A stretch of DNA of 64,000 nt, taken from Eledone cirrhosa. Its lineage: Eukaryota. The notes below the pieces were generated by a model. It saw nothing but the letters and a program-made list of their open reading frames with translations, did no database searches and had not been told where the DNA came from. The position numbers were made by a program, and so were the translations under genes. Numbering within the stretch: the first letter of the stretch is position 1; the number at the start of each line of letters is the position of its first letter. The stretch lies in NCBI GenBank assembly GCA_964016885.1, contig OZ024743.1:286874001-286938000 (forward strand). Direction: 5' to 3'. Below, one piece after another: positions 52,669-64,000 of the stretch.

Positions 52669-54624
52669 GTGATATGTCGGCTGTCGTGCGACAACGACGT
52701 AGAAGTTGAGAGGAGCGCTACAGCGAAATTAACACACATTGATAACACAAATACCACCACAAACAAGGTAAACAAAGACACCAATGATACCAATAAGAAC
52801 TCTAATTTGAAAAAAAATGACAGTAACAACGACAACGAAAATACAGATAACAAAAAAAAAAATAACAAATACAACAACAATATCAACACCACTAACATGA
52901 AAACAAATAGCGACAATACCAACAGCAACAATACCAACTGCACCGAGAACAACGGTGGCAGCAAAAACAACAATGATAACAGCGACAGTGCTAACAACAA
53001 CACCAACAAGAACAACGTCAACAACACCCCCAACGAAAACAAGACCACTTTCGCTGCGGCAGCAGCAAAAAAGAGGCCATGCTTCAACATGGACCTCTCA
53101 AACAAAGATGGAAAGTTGGCCCAGGCATGGAAGCTCATCAAGCAAGAGCAAACTTGGGCCAACTTAACTGTCCTGGTAGAAGCTATTGAGGCAGTGGAGC
53201 GCAAAACGGTGCATTATAGATGCATCTCAGCACAGACCAAAAGGGCAGCGTTAATCCCACAAGAAGATATCGAAGTCGCGCTGAGGTGCATCAGAGAAGA
53301 CACCCAGTATATAGAGAGGGGCAGACAGTACGGCACCATTTCGGTGTTGTTCAAATCAGAAGCCCTCGCGATGAAACACGCCATGACTCCATGCAAAACC
53401 AGCAAGGTCATAATGTACCCCTCCCACATGGGAAAAAGAACGGTCCGTCTCCGCATTCCCAGAATCCCACCAGGACTTGACATGTGGTGGCTTCTGGGAT
53501 GTGTGATTGTGGAGGGGACGGATACAGTCCCTATAGAAGTGACCAGAACGGCCAGAGAGGACTGGTCCGGGGTTGACCTGGAGATCCTTCTCCAGATCAG
53601 GCCCGAGAATGTGAAGACAATCAAGGACCATATCCGCCTGCAGAATGGGACGGTCATGCACATTATGACCGAAGGCAAAAGGCCGCAGTGTTTTGTTTGT
53701 GGGGAAAAAACCCATTTTCGAGCCTTCTGCCCTCAACTGCTGAAAGAGGCAAGGGGTCAAAAGGCTCCACTGCTGCCGACGCCGGGGCGAGGACCACAAC
53801 CAACACCTGCACTGGCAAAACCACCAACAACAACACCAATAGAAAAAACACCACCATCATTGACCACCCAGGGGGGAAACGAGGAAAGCTGTCAAATTCC
53901 CCCTCCCCACCAAAATACACACACCAATAAAACCTTAAACATACATACAAACACACTTACAGACACAGACCCCTCATCTACCAGTAGTGAAGATGAGGGA
54001 AATCCCAAATCCCCCAAAATACAAAAAAGGAAACACAAAAAGAAAAAAAAAACTCAACAAAGCACAAAAGCGCCCACAATAAAAAACGCAGACACCACCC
54101 ACGCAAACATCTCTCCAATAACACCAACATCAACACCACCATCACCATCACCAGAATCCCCCAATAGCAAACAACCTAAACAGACGCAAGAACAAATACA
54201 CACACAAACATCTGAAACCACAGACATCGCACTCACAACAAACACAGATACAACCGAAACAACACCACCAAAACCATCACCACCACAGCCACGCAAACAA
54301 ATAAAATCACACCAACAAATCATACAAAACTTCGTGCTCGTCAGGAGGGCCAACAAGGAACTGATGGCCCTCGTAGCACGAAGTGAAAATATACAAAAAG
54401 AGGAGGAAATGTTTAAATCGAGCACATTTCGCGTGCCGAAAGATTTGGTTCTGGTGCGAATGTCGCTCGACATATTCAAAGAAATACGAGACAGCTTTCC
54501 TCGGGACGTGGGAACCCCAAACGTAAAACCCACTTCAAAACTTTTAAAGGGGTTCCCAAAAGAAACCCCACTAACTATGGAGGTCGAACAACCCAACCTT
54601 CACAAGAGCCCGGAAGGTAAGTAA
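52669..54624 (+). CDS. Tx1 ORF1 (gag-like; Asn-rich N-terminus, CCHC knuckle, Pro/Thr-rich C-half)
   Basis: 651-aa open frame; CFVCGEKTHFRAFC; true start uncertain. Confidence 0.8.
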   Translation: MICRLSCDNDVEVERSATAKLTHIDNTNTTTNKVNKDTNDTNKNSNLKKNDSNNDNENTDNKKKNNKYNNNINTTNMKTNSDNTNSNNTNCTENNGGSKNNNDNSDSANNNTNKNNVNNTPNENKTTFAAAAAKKRPCFNMDLSNKDGKLAQAWKLIKQEQTWANLTVLVEAIEAVERKTVHYRCISAQTKRAALIPQEDIEVALRCIREDTQYIERGRQYGTISVLFKSEALAMKHAMTPCKTSKVIMYPSHMGKRTVRLRIPRIPPGLDMWWLLGCVIVEGTDTVPIEVTRTAREDWSGVDLEILLQIRPENVKTIKDHIRLQNGTVMHIMTEGKRPQCFVCGEKTHFRAFCPQLLKEARGQKAPLLPTPGRGPQPTPALAKPPTTTPIEKTPPSLTTQGGNEESCQIPPPHQNTHTNKTLNIHTNTLTDTDPSSTSSEDEGNPKSPKIQKRKHKKKKKTQQSTKAPTIKNADTTHANISPITPTSTPPSPSPESPNSKQPKQTQEQIHTQTSETTDIALTTNTDTTETTPPKPSPPQPRKQIKSHQQIIQNFVLVRRANKELMALVARSENIQKEEEMFKSSTFRVPKDLVLVRMSLDIFKEIRDSFPRDVGTPNVKPTSKLLKGFPKETPLTMEVEQPNLHKSPEGK

Positions 54625-54657
54625 ACCTTCCTCTCTCTCTCTGTTTAACCTGCCAAC

Positions 54658-57600
54658 ATGGCCGTATTAAGAGTAGGATGTTTAAATGTTCGAGGCCTGG
54701 GATCGTCCTAGAAGCAGGGTCACCTGCTCAACGACCTCAGGCCTATAGAAATGGATGTAATTGCAGTCAGCGAGACCAGGATTTCCGACACGCACGCACT
54801 AGCCCCCATTTTCGATGACTATCAGATCTTTGCATCTGTTAGCCAGCCGGGAATGGCAGGCGGGGTGGCAGTGCTGTTTAGGAAAGGCCTGGATCTCGAG
54901 GTAAGGTCGATCTTCCGGGACCCGGACGGGAAGTTGGTGGTCCAGGACGTGAACAATAATGAAGGTGGTGCCTTTAGACTGGTGGCCGTCTATGCTCCTA
55001 GTGGGGCAGGATGGCTGGACTTCTTTAGACGCCTGGAAGCCTTTCTGGGTACGTCTCGCCCTTTACTGTTAGCGGGGGACTGGAACGGCATCTTAGACGC
55101 ACGCTGGGACTGTGTGGGAGTATCTGATAGGAGCGGGGGGTGCAAAAGCCTCAAGAACCTGATCAGCCAATTCCAACTGTCTGACAGGTACCGACTAGAT
55201 TTCCCTAATGCGCCAGTGTGGACCTGGGCTAACCGCACAGGGTCATCTAGATCGTATATAGACAGGATATTCATTAGGAAAATAGACAGAAATAGTGTAA
55301 GCTGTCCACGTTTTAAAACGGTCGCCTATTCAGATCACAAGTTTGTGATCTGTATGGTCGACCTAGATAAGACGCGTAGGTTAGGACCTGGTTACTGGAA
55401 GCTAAACATGTCATTTCCGGCACGTAAGGCTTACAGGGACCAGGTCAACAATTTAGTTAAGAAAAAGTTGACAGGGGGAGTCGTCAACAATAGATGGTGG
55501 GGGCTCTCAAAAGAGAGATTAGAGTAATGTCGATAGAGTTTAGCAAAGAAGTAGCATTAGAGAAAAATAGAAAGGAGGGGGAGTTGGTAGATAAGTTAGA
55601 CGAGGCTATTGGTAGTGGCATTGCAACTGATGTTCTAGTGGCGAGAATGGCATTAGACCATTTCTTCAATGCGAAACACGAAGGTTGCATTGTCAGAGCT
55701 AAGGCGCGTGCTCTGAGAAACGAGGGAACCAAAGCTGTTCGATGGGCCTGCGTGGCAGAGGCGCAGCGTGGTAATAAAACCACGATTCGGTCTTTGACGG
55801 ACCGAGACGGGCACGAGCTGAGCGATTCCAAGAGGATGTGTGAGGCCTTTCGCCAACATTTTGCTCGGTTGTTCGGGGGAAGTGGCGGGTCAGAGATGGT
55901 GGCGGACTTCAGTCCCTACCTCGATGGCTTTCCGCAACTCTCGACGGCTGACGCTGGGCGCTGCGAAAGGCCAATTACTTCAGCCGAGATTCAGGATGCC
56001 CTTGTAGGCTGCATGAGGCGCAAGTCACCTGGTTTGGATGGTCTGCCCTACGAGCATTACGTAAATATGCCAGACTTGTTCTCCAATCTCCCCGAAGCGC
56101 TCTACTGTAACTGGCAGCAAAACGGGAGTATTCCCAGTTCTGTGAGCCGGGGCGTAGTGACGCTGATAAGGAAAGACGAGAACAAGAGGGACACATTAGA
56201 CAATTTCAGGCCCATAACTCTGCTCAACACAGAGTTTAAGATTTTGGCCAGGGTGTTAGTGAAGAGGTTGGCGCTTGTCGTCGGGGATTTGGTTGGGGAG
56301 ACGCAAACTTGCGGAATCCCAACCAGGTCCATACACGGCAACCTCCACCTAATGCGATACATCATAGAGAGGGTAGGGTGTAAACCTGGCTTCGGTGGGA
56401 CTCTGATCAATTTAGATCAATCGAAAGCATTCGATAGGATCGACCTTCGGTATCTGGAGGCTGTCCTCAAGGCGGTTGGCTTCGGCCCCATCTTCAGAAG
56501 CTGGATCGCTGCAATGCACAGCGGCACCTGCTTAATGGTCAAAATTAATGGCCACCTCTCGGAACCGTTTCAGGTCTCCCGATCGGTCCGTCAAGGGTGC
56601 CCTCTCTCCTCCCTTCTGTACATATTGACTCTCGAGCCTTTACTGCAGAAGCTGGAACTGTTGCAGGGCATCCTGCTCGAACTGGGACGCGGAAAGGCTG
56701 TGTCGGCTTATGCGGACGACATCACCGTGATGGTGTCGGACACCTCAGAAATCGAGGTGGTCGGCACCTTATTGGAGGAATATGAAAGGTTGACGGGAGC
56801 AAAACTTAACCCGGAAAAGTCAGTGGGCTTGCAACTCGGCACCTGGAGAGGCAAGTCCATGCCGTCCAACAGCGTCGTTAGGCGCTGGACGGACGGACCG
56901 GTAAAGTTGCTAGGGGTTTGGTTTGGGCCAGACCTCCAGGTGGATACGAATTGGGACGAGGTGACGGGCAGGGTAGTCAGTCTCACCCAGAAATGGGCTG
57001 GGATGAAGCTATCACTGAAAGGTCGGGTGGAGGTGGCGAACGCGTACATCGCGTCCGTCATCTACTACCGTCTGACTGTCGTCCCTTGCCCCCGTTCGCG
57101 CCTCACCATCTTGGAGCGGCTCCTCTTCAAATACTTGTGGAGGGGTCAGGTTCCGCTGGTGAGGCGGTCCATCTGCTGCCAGCACCCTCTACGTGGAGGG
57201 CTGGGCATGCCATGGCTAATGATGTGCAGGCACGCGCTGAGGCTGCGGCATCTCCAGATATTCTGCCTAAACGGTGAACAGGTGTGGTCGCCGTTTGTCA
57301 GACGCGCCTTTCCGCAGCTCGTTTCTTTGACTGAGTTGCAGTCCTGGGTCAAGAAGAGACCGAGACTGGGTGACTGGCATCTGGAATGTTGCCAGGCACT
57401 CACTGCCCTCTACCAGGCGGGCAATGCGGTCAGTGGAACTTCCACTCTCGAGTTCTATAGAGGATTAGTGGTGGGCAAGTGCGACGACGCACTCGGAAAG
57501 GCTCTGGGAGTCAACGAAGTCGAACTAACCAGTCTGTACCGGTTGACTTTCGAGCCAGGGACGATGGATAATTTCCAAAAATCCCTCGCTTGGCAGTGCT

Positions 57601-58079
57601 ACCGGGGGACACTGCCGGTTCGACATAAGCTCTACAGGCACGGAAGTGCTGTCAGACGGACCTGCCCAAGATGCGCGCAGAGCGACGAAACCGTTCTGCA
57701 CGCACTCGTCCAGTGTTCGTGCATTATTGACTTGTGGAGTTATGTTGAACAGCTGTTGTCGCATGTAGAACAGATCCGGCTATCGGCCGAGTCCATAGTG
57801 AAGATCGACCCGCCGCCTTCTTTTGGCCAGGAAGGGCAGGCAATTTTCCTCTGTCTGGTGGCAGTAGCGAAAGAGGTTATATGGTGGACGAGGTTGAAAG
57901 GACTGAAGACAGACACTTTTCTCTTCGGCCAATTCCTCATCAACTTTTTCAAGTTTCACTTGGAAAGGAAGGTGAGGGTGGAGAGAGAAGTGCTGCCCCT
58001 CAGTACATTTGCTGAAAGGTGGGTGAATGTGGCGAGAATGGCCCGTGTGAGTGGGCCTACTCTGGTCATGCGGCTGTAG
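54658..58079 (+). pseudogene. Tx1 ORF2 (APE + RT + C-terminal CCHC), stop at 54709 and frameshift at ~55500
   Basis: LNVRGL, GDWN, IDRIF, SDH, GPGYWKLN; LDQSKAFDR, VRQGCPLS, YADD; CPRC...ETVLHALVQC. Confidence 0.92.
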
Positions 58080-58355
58080 GTAGGTAAATTTGAAGAGGAG
58101 AGGGTGCCCTTCCAGGGTTCTCTCGAAGCGTCGGGTCGTTCAGGACTGGTGGGGTACCTGAGCGAACCCTAGGTGGTCATCCCCCCTATTGGGGAATGTT
58201 TTCTTGTTGTAATTTTCTTGTTACTTTATTGTTACTTTGTTATTGTTACTTTGTTTATTTATATTGTTTACTCGATTTTTCTGTAAAACCCCACTGTCCC
58301 AGTCTTTTGTATTGTCCCCTATATGTCGGCCCTTGTGGCCAATAAATGAAATCAT

Positions 58356-58392
<37 letters not shown>

Positions 58393-58739
58393 GAAATATG
58401 AATATCCATTTTATGTAGGCTAATTCATGTTAGTGTAAAATAAATAGGCGAAACAAAAAATGGAAGAGGCAGCTTACTATATATATATATATATATTAGT
58501 GAAAGTAGAGGATCTACTACGAGCTCAGTTGTTTCGGCTAATTTCACTAATATATTCACTCTGCATTATACCAAGTATCAAGTACTACTCTGATTTGTGA
58601 TCTTCCCAATCCTGGTACCACAGACTATCTATGTATATATTGAAAAATAAGTGATGTCTGATGAGACAAGTTAGATGATATATGTGCATATTCGTTTTGC
58701 CAAAGTAAAAGGAATATGTGCTGGTGTATGTTTCCTAAC

Positions 58740-60285
58740 AAGTACTAAGCTTTATTCAGGATAACCTAGATATGCTCAATCATTTACCAGAAAGATTAAA
58801 CCATGACACACTGCCATATTTAGGACAAATGAGCCCCTGTGCTAGTTAAGTTATGAGGCCCCTTACTTAGGTAAACAATTTCTTTGGCAGGAAGATGGGT
58901 TTCTCTGGTCAACGGGGCTCTGTTCTTAAGCACACCTAAGCGTAATGGTAAATTCAGCACTGATGACAACAATCATTGTTTCATTTGATGTAGTAAATCT
59001 ATACATTAATACTCTACATATTCATGAAATAGAGGCTATTCAATATTGGCTCAACATGTACCAGTTTGAATATCCGAACCATATAGATATAAATTTTGTT
59101 CTCGAAGGTCTCAAGTTTATTCTACAAAACAATTATTTTATGTTTAATGAATTTATTACATCCTGTCAAATTTTGGCAACAATCATGAGTATTAAAGCAG
59201 CACCAACATATGCAAATATAGTTATAAGTTACCATGAAAAGAAAATTTATGGAGTCACTAAAACATTTTGGAGTCAACTTTTATTTGTACCTAAAAGAAA
59301 ATTGGAAAAAGTTTCTCGATGTTGGTTTATTGCAGAAACCAAACGATTATCAATTTATTATATCAAAACAAATGATGTACATGAAATTACATAATAGAGA
59401 AGTTCACATTTTTCTCAGACAAAAAATATACTTACAATTGTTTAATCTTATGGAACGAAACAATAGATAAACTAGAGGAATTTAGAAATGTTACTAACGC
59501 CATATAGATCAATATTCAACTCATGATGGAACTTAGCAAGGAAGAAATCCCTTTGTAAATGTTTTGATAAACATAATAGATGAATGGGTTGAAACTGTTG
59601 TCTGTTATAAACCCACAGACTCAAAACAATACTTATTATTCCTGTCCTACCATCTAAACATACGTGAACATATATTCCTTTTACTTTGGTAAAACAAATA
59701 TGCATAATTGTTTCCAACTAGACAATATGAAACTGAAGCCTGATAGACTTACAAAATATCTTAATCCTGCGAAAATTTCCCTCCAGTTTAGTGAAAAGTG
59801 GAAGAGAAAAAAAAAAAATATAAATATTCAAAATTTACGAAAGCTAGAAAATAAACCAAAAGAAAACACACTTCCATTTATATCAACATGCAATCCGAGG
59901 AATATTGAAGTATATAATCATATTCATAAGAATATTTGTATTTTGTATAATGATAAAAAAAAATGAAAAACATCTTGGAGAATTAAAAAATTATAAAGAG
60001 CAAATTACAACCGAAAAATTTGAAAAAAATTACACACAAGTGCAAAAAATACACAAACAGATTCCCAATCAATGAGTAACAAAATGTGGAAAACCTAATT
60101 ACAGAATTTATGAATATATGCTGGGGGGCTCAGAATTCAGATTAGAAGATGAACAAACATTTAAACTTAAAAATAGTTTCACATGTTGATTTGGTAATCT
60201 TGTCTACGTTTTAATATGTGGATGTGGAGCAAATTACAGTAGAATAACAGATCAGAGATATAAATACAAGAAAGATTGCACTGAA
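58740..60285 (+). pseudogene. Heavily degenerate PLE RT/EN (Neptune-like by motif impression)
   Basis: VSFDVVNLYIN, FILQNNYFMFN, AAPTYANI, LPFISTCNP. Confidence 0.7.
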
Positions 60286-60288
60286 CGG

Positions 60289-62958
60289 ATCATCATCATC
60301 ATCACCGTTTTATGTCCGTTCTTCCACACTAGCATGAGTTAGACGGGTTGTCCTGTTGTGGGCAGTGTCTGGTCGGCTGACCATGCCTTGCTCATACAGG
60401 AACTGGTTAGGCTTGATTTCTACAGCTGGATGCCCTTCCTAACACCAACCTCATTTACAGTGAGTGCTGGGTGCTTTTTCCGTGGCGTCTACACGTCCAC
60501 TTTACAGTGTGGGCTGAGTGCTTTTTTGCCGTGGCACCTCCACGACCACCTTGCAGTGGGGGGTGTGGGGGCATATTGTCTATATGCTTCAGCTTGTACC
60601 CATGGGAGGCCGGGTACTCTGTATTACTGCGTGACGCCAGAGGTCATGGTCGTGTGTCATCGCCTTTGAGAGGTGTAATTGGGTAAGGTCGACTTTTATC
60701 ACCTCATCCCAGGTCATCTTGGGTCTCCCCACTCCGCGGTTTCCATCGACTTCTAGTGCTCTGCACCTTTTTATGCAGCTGTCATCCTTCATACCCATCA
60801 CATGTCCATACCAACGCAACCGCCTCTCCTGCACACAGCATTTGATTCCTCTTATGCTCAGTCTCTCTCTCAATTCATTTATGCTTTGTTGTTCGCGTAT
60901 ATTACTATTACACATCCATCGGAGCATGCAGGCTTTGTTTCTCTCTAATCTACATAAGTCTTCCACCTTCAGCGCCCAGGTCTCACTACCATGCAACATT
61001 GCTGTTCAGATACACGCATCATACAGTCTGCCTTTCATTTTGAGGGAGAAGCCTTTTGCAGCTAGCAGTGGTAGTAGTTCCCTAAACTTCTTCCATCCCG
61101 TTCTTACCCTAGTTATTGTACTTTCTGAACACCCACCTCTGCTGCTAATTTGGTCACCTAGGTAGCAGAAGCTGTCTACTGTTTCTACAGAGCCCTCCCA
61201 GAGATTGGTGGTACTTGTTTCCTGTGGCTGTTTGCTGCTTGCTGTCCAAGCACAGCTACTGCATGTGAAGCCTACATTCTTAATTAAGCTTCCTGAGATC
61301 CCGCTACATCTCTTGTGTACCCATTGTTTGCATTTGGGGCAGAGAATGGAGTTCCTACCTACACCTTTCCTACATACTGAGCAAGGCCATTTCCCTGAGG
61401 GGATCTGGGTTCTGTTTTCTCGTCTACTTACAAGGACCTTAGTCTTTGTCATGTTGACTTTGAGACCCTTTCTTTCTAGTCCCTGCTTCCAAGTTTGGAA
61501 TTTATTCTCTAGTTCTACCATAGATTCAGCTATAAGTGCGAGGTCATCAGCATACAGGAGTTCCCATGGGCATCCGGTCTTAAACTCCTCTGTTATTGCC
61601 TGCAGGACTATGATGAACAGGAGGGGGCTAAGAACAGAGCCCTGGTGAACCCCAACCTGTACGCTAAATTCCTCGCTATACTCATTGCTAATCCTAACTT
61701 TGCTGACTGCTCCTCTATACATGGCTTGTACCACTTTCACAAGCCATTCATCTACTCCTAGTTTTCTAAGAGCCCACTAGATTACAGCACGTGGAACTCT
61801 GTCAAAGGCTTTCTCAAGATCAACAAATGCCAGGTAGAGTGGCTTACTTTTAGCTAGGTACTTTTCCTGTAACTGCCAGACAAGGAAGAGGGCATCAGTG
61901 GTGCCTCTTCCTGGTACAAACCCAAATTGCATCTCGTCTAGTTTCAGCCGGTCCCTAATCAACTGTGCTATAACTCTTTCTGTTACTTTCATGACCTGGT
62001 CCATCAACTTTATACCTCTATAGTTTCCTCTATCTAGTGCATCACCTTTACCTTTGTAGCAGTTGACAATGATGCTACTGCACCAATCTTTTGTTATGAC
62101 ACCTTCTAGTATTACCTGGTTAATAATACGTGTGGTTATAGTGTGACCTACAGACGCAGATGCCTTCAGCATTTCGGCAGCTGTACCCGATGGACCGGTT
62201 GCCTTCCCCATCTTCATATCTTTGATTGCCTTACTTACTACGCTGCTGCTGACTTGTACTGCTGGCCCCTCTATAGGGTCTACTTGGGGTAGGGTCTCTT
62301 CTTCCCATGCATTCTCCTCATTGGTAATCTATCATAATGACTCTTCCATGCATCTTTCTTCTCAGCACTTGTGAGGGCAAGCTCACCTTTATCATTCCGG
62401 ATACACTTCTCTCCAATGACATCACAATTCTCTCTGACACACTGCCTCGCATTCTTGAACACCTTCTGTTTCTGGTCCTCACGTTGCAAAACATGCTTGA
62501 ATTTTCTATCCTCTGCTTCCCTCCTAGCTAAGTATACTTGCCGCCTAGCTTTCCTCTTGGTCTCTATGTAATGTACCCTGCTCCCCCCGTTCTTCCATTC
62601 TTTCCATGCCTGTCTCTTGGCCTTAACTGCCTCATCTACTTTATTGTTTCACCACCAAGTCACTCTCCTCCTGCTTGTGGTCTTACTCCAGCCACAGACC
62701 TCATCCGTCACCTCTAGTAAGTTATTTTTTAGGAACTCCCAGTTCTCTTCTACATTGAATGTCTCTATCTGTTCTTCTTTACTATAGTAGGCGTTAAGTA
62801 AAATATCTTTAAATCTGTTACTGGTTGAGGGGTCTTTCAGCTTCCAGATCTTTCTTCTCCAGGTTGGCCTCTGTTTCCAGGTTCGTCTAGTTCTGACTGT
62901 GAGGTCGCTGACAACTAAGCTATGTTGGGATGTACATTCCTCACTAGGGAAGGCTTTA
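60289..62958 (-). mobile_element. RTE LINE, 5'-truncated, several stops and frameshifts
   Basis: QFGFVPGRGTTDA, FVDLEKAFDRVP, YADD, PHD-like finger, (GAT)n tail. Confidence 0.92.
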
Positions 62959-63099
62959 GGATATAGAGAAAAATGTGCCAGGGAGAAAGTTTCTGAATTT
63001 AAGAATTTTTTCAAGGTGTCAATTTGCAGATGATATTACCAAACAACAAAAAATAAACAAAGAGAAATTACAAATTCACAAATATAAACCACGCTTAAT

Positions 63100-63475
63100 C
63101 ATCATCATCATCAACATTATTGTTTAATGTCCATGTTCCACGCTAGCATGAGTTAGATGGGTTATCCCATTAGAGGCAAGTTGTGTCAGGTGATTTTTGT
63201 CTTGCTCATATAGAACTGTTTCTGATTAGGTTTCTACGGTTGGATGCCCTTCTGAATGCCAACCACATTTACAGTGTGTGCTAGGTCATTTTTTTTGAGA
63301 CTCCTACACGACCACCTTACAGTGTGGACTGGGTGTTTTTTGTCATGATATCTACATGACCATTTTACAGTGTGTACTGGGCGCTTTTTGTCGTGACACC
63401 TACATGACCACCTTACAGTGTGGGCTGGGTGCTTTTTGTTGTGACACCTACACGACCACTTTACAGTTTTGGCTG
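63100..63475 (-). mobile_element. RTE 3' UTR / RTE-tailed short element with ~45-bp tandem units
   Basis: Repeated gacacctacacgaccactttacagtgtgg units; (GAT)n-type end. Confidence 0.7.
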
Positions 63476-63691
63476 CATGCGTATGTTTAGGAATAATATT
63501 CTGCCAAAAAAATTCACGTGTAAGTCACGTGACTATGATAGCATTCTACTATAAAGTCAAAGATACACAATGTTTTGTTTAAGAAGCCTTAATAAAAAAC
63601 AAATATGCTGACAATATAGATAGCTTGAAATTCCAAACACAAATGCCATAGCTGTCAAAAATCAACACATACACACATATATCTCTATTAT

Positions 63692-63885
63692 TTAATCCTT
63701 TCATGACTGCATTTCTAATTCTATTTCAATTAATTAAGATTTACTTAAATTACTAATTATTTGATTACTAAGATAGTAACTTATATTAGAAGATTTTAAT
63801 TTAAATTGGAAACCTTTAAAATGGGGGGGGGGGTATTTCATTGAACCAGAGCCGGTGATGGCCAGGTTGGTAACAAAAGGGTTAA
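63692..63885. mobile_element. Possible piggyBac-like MITE
   Basis: ttaa-tcctttc ... caaaaggg-ttaa imperfect TIRs with TTAA flanks. Confidence 0.4.
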
Positions 63886-64000
63886 TTACATAAATATTTC
63901 ACATGAAAATATACAACCAAAGTGAAAGAAAATATAAAGTCAACAGTAAGTGTGTCAACTGGTTACTCACCACAAAGAGTACCGGAGCCTTCTAATACTT

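Larger units (their letters stand above)
52441..58353 (+). mobile_element. Near-full-length Tx1/L1-clade LINE
   Basis: ORF1 with zinc knuckle, ORF2 APE-RT-CCHC; ends aataaatgaaatc followed by attatta. Confidence 0.9.

Noticed and set aside
54611-54660. AG|GTAAGT splice donor at the Tx1 ORF1 end
   Set aside because: No acceptor before the ORF2 ATG and no other support

Overview
Eukaryotic, AT-rich, repeat-saturated DNA with no intact host gene. The repeat repertoire ((TA)n seas, RTE LINEs with (GAT)n tails, tRNA-derived SINEs) is most consistent with a coleoid cephalopod, probably Octopus (inference). Most ORF-track entries are microsatellite artefacts. Real content: at least 7 RTE-clade LINE copies or fragments, one near-full-length CR1-group LINE, one near-full-length Tx1/L1-clade LINE starting right at the CR1 (ATT)n tail, six protein-coding Penelope-like element (PLE) relics, a non-autonomous Helitron, SINEs and DNA-transposon relics. 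Two things stand out. (1) About 15 hammerhead-ribozyme (HHR) motifs, read by eye as CUGANGA...GAAA...UH with stems, sit in PLE-type units embedded in (TA)n. They include a tiny ~200 bp perfect-hairpin HHR element in multiple copies, two HHRs with very long stem II inserts, and a 2.2 kb non-coding fold-back HHR element with a TSD. (2) A non-coding LTR element (tRNA-Trp PBS, PPT) forms a 3.7 kb fold-back with two outward-facing LTR starts flanked by one 4-bp direct repeat, as if integrated as a single palindromic cDNA. All structures were found by manual inspection; no folding, alignment or database search was run.
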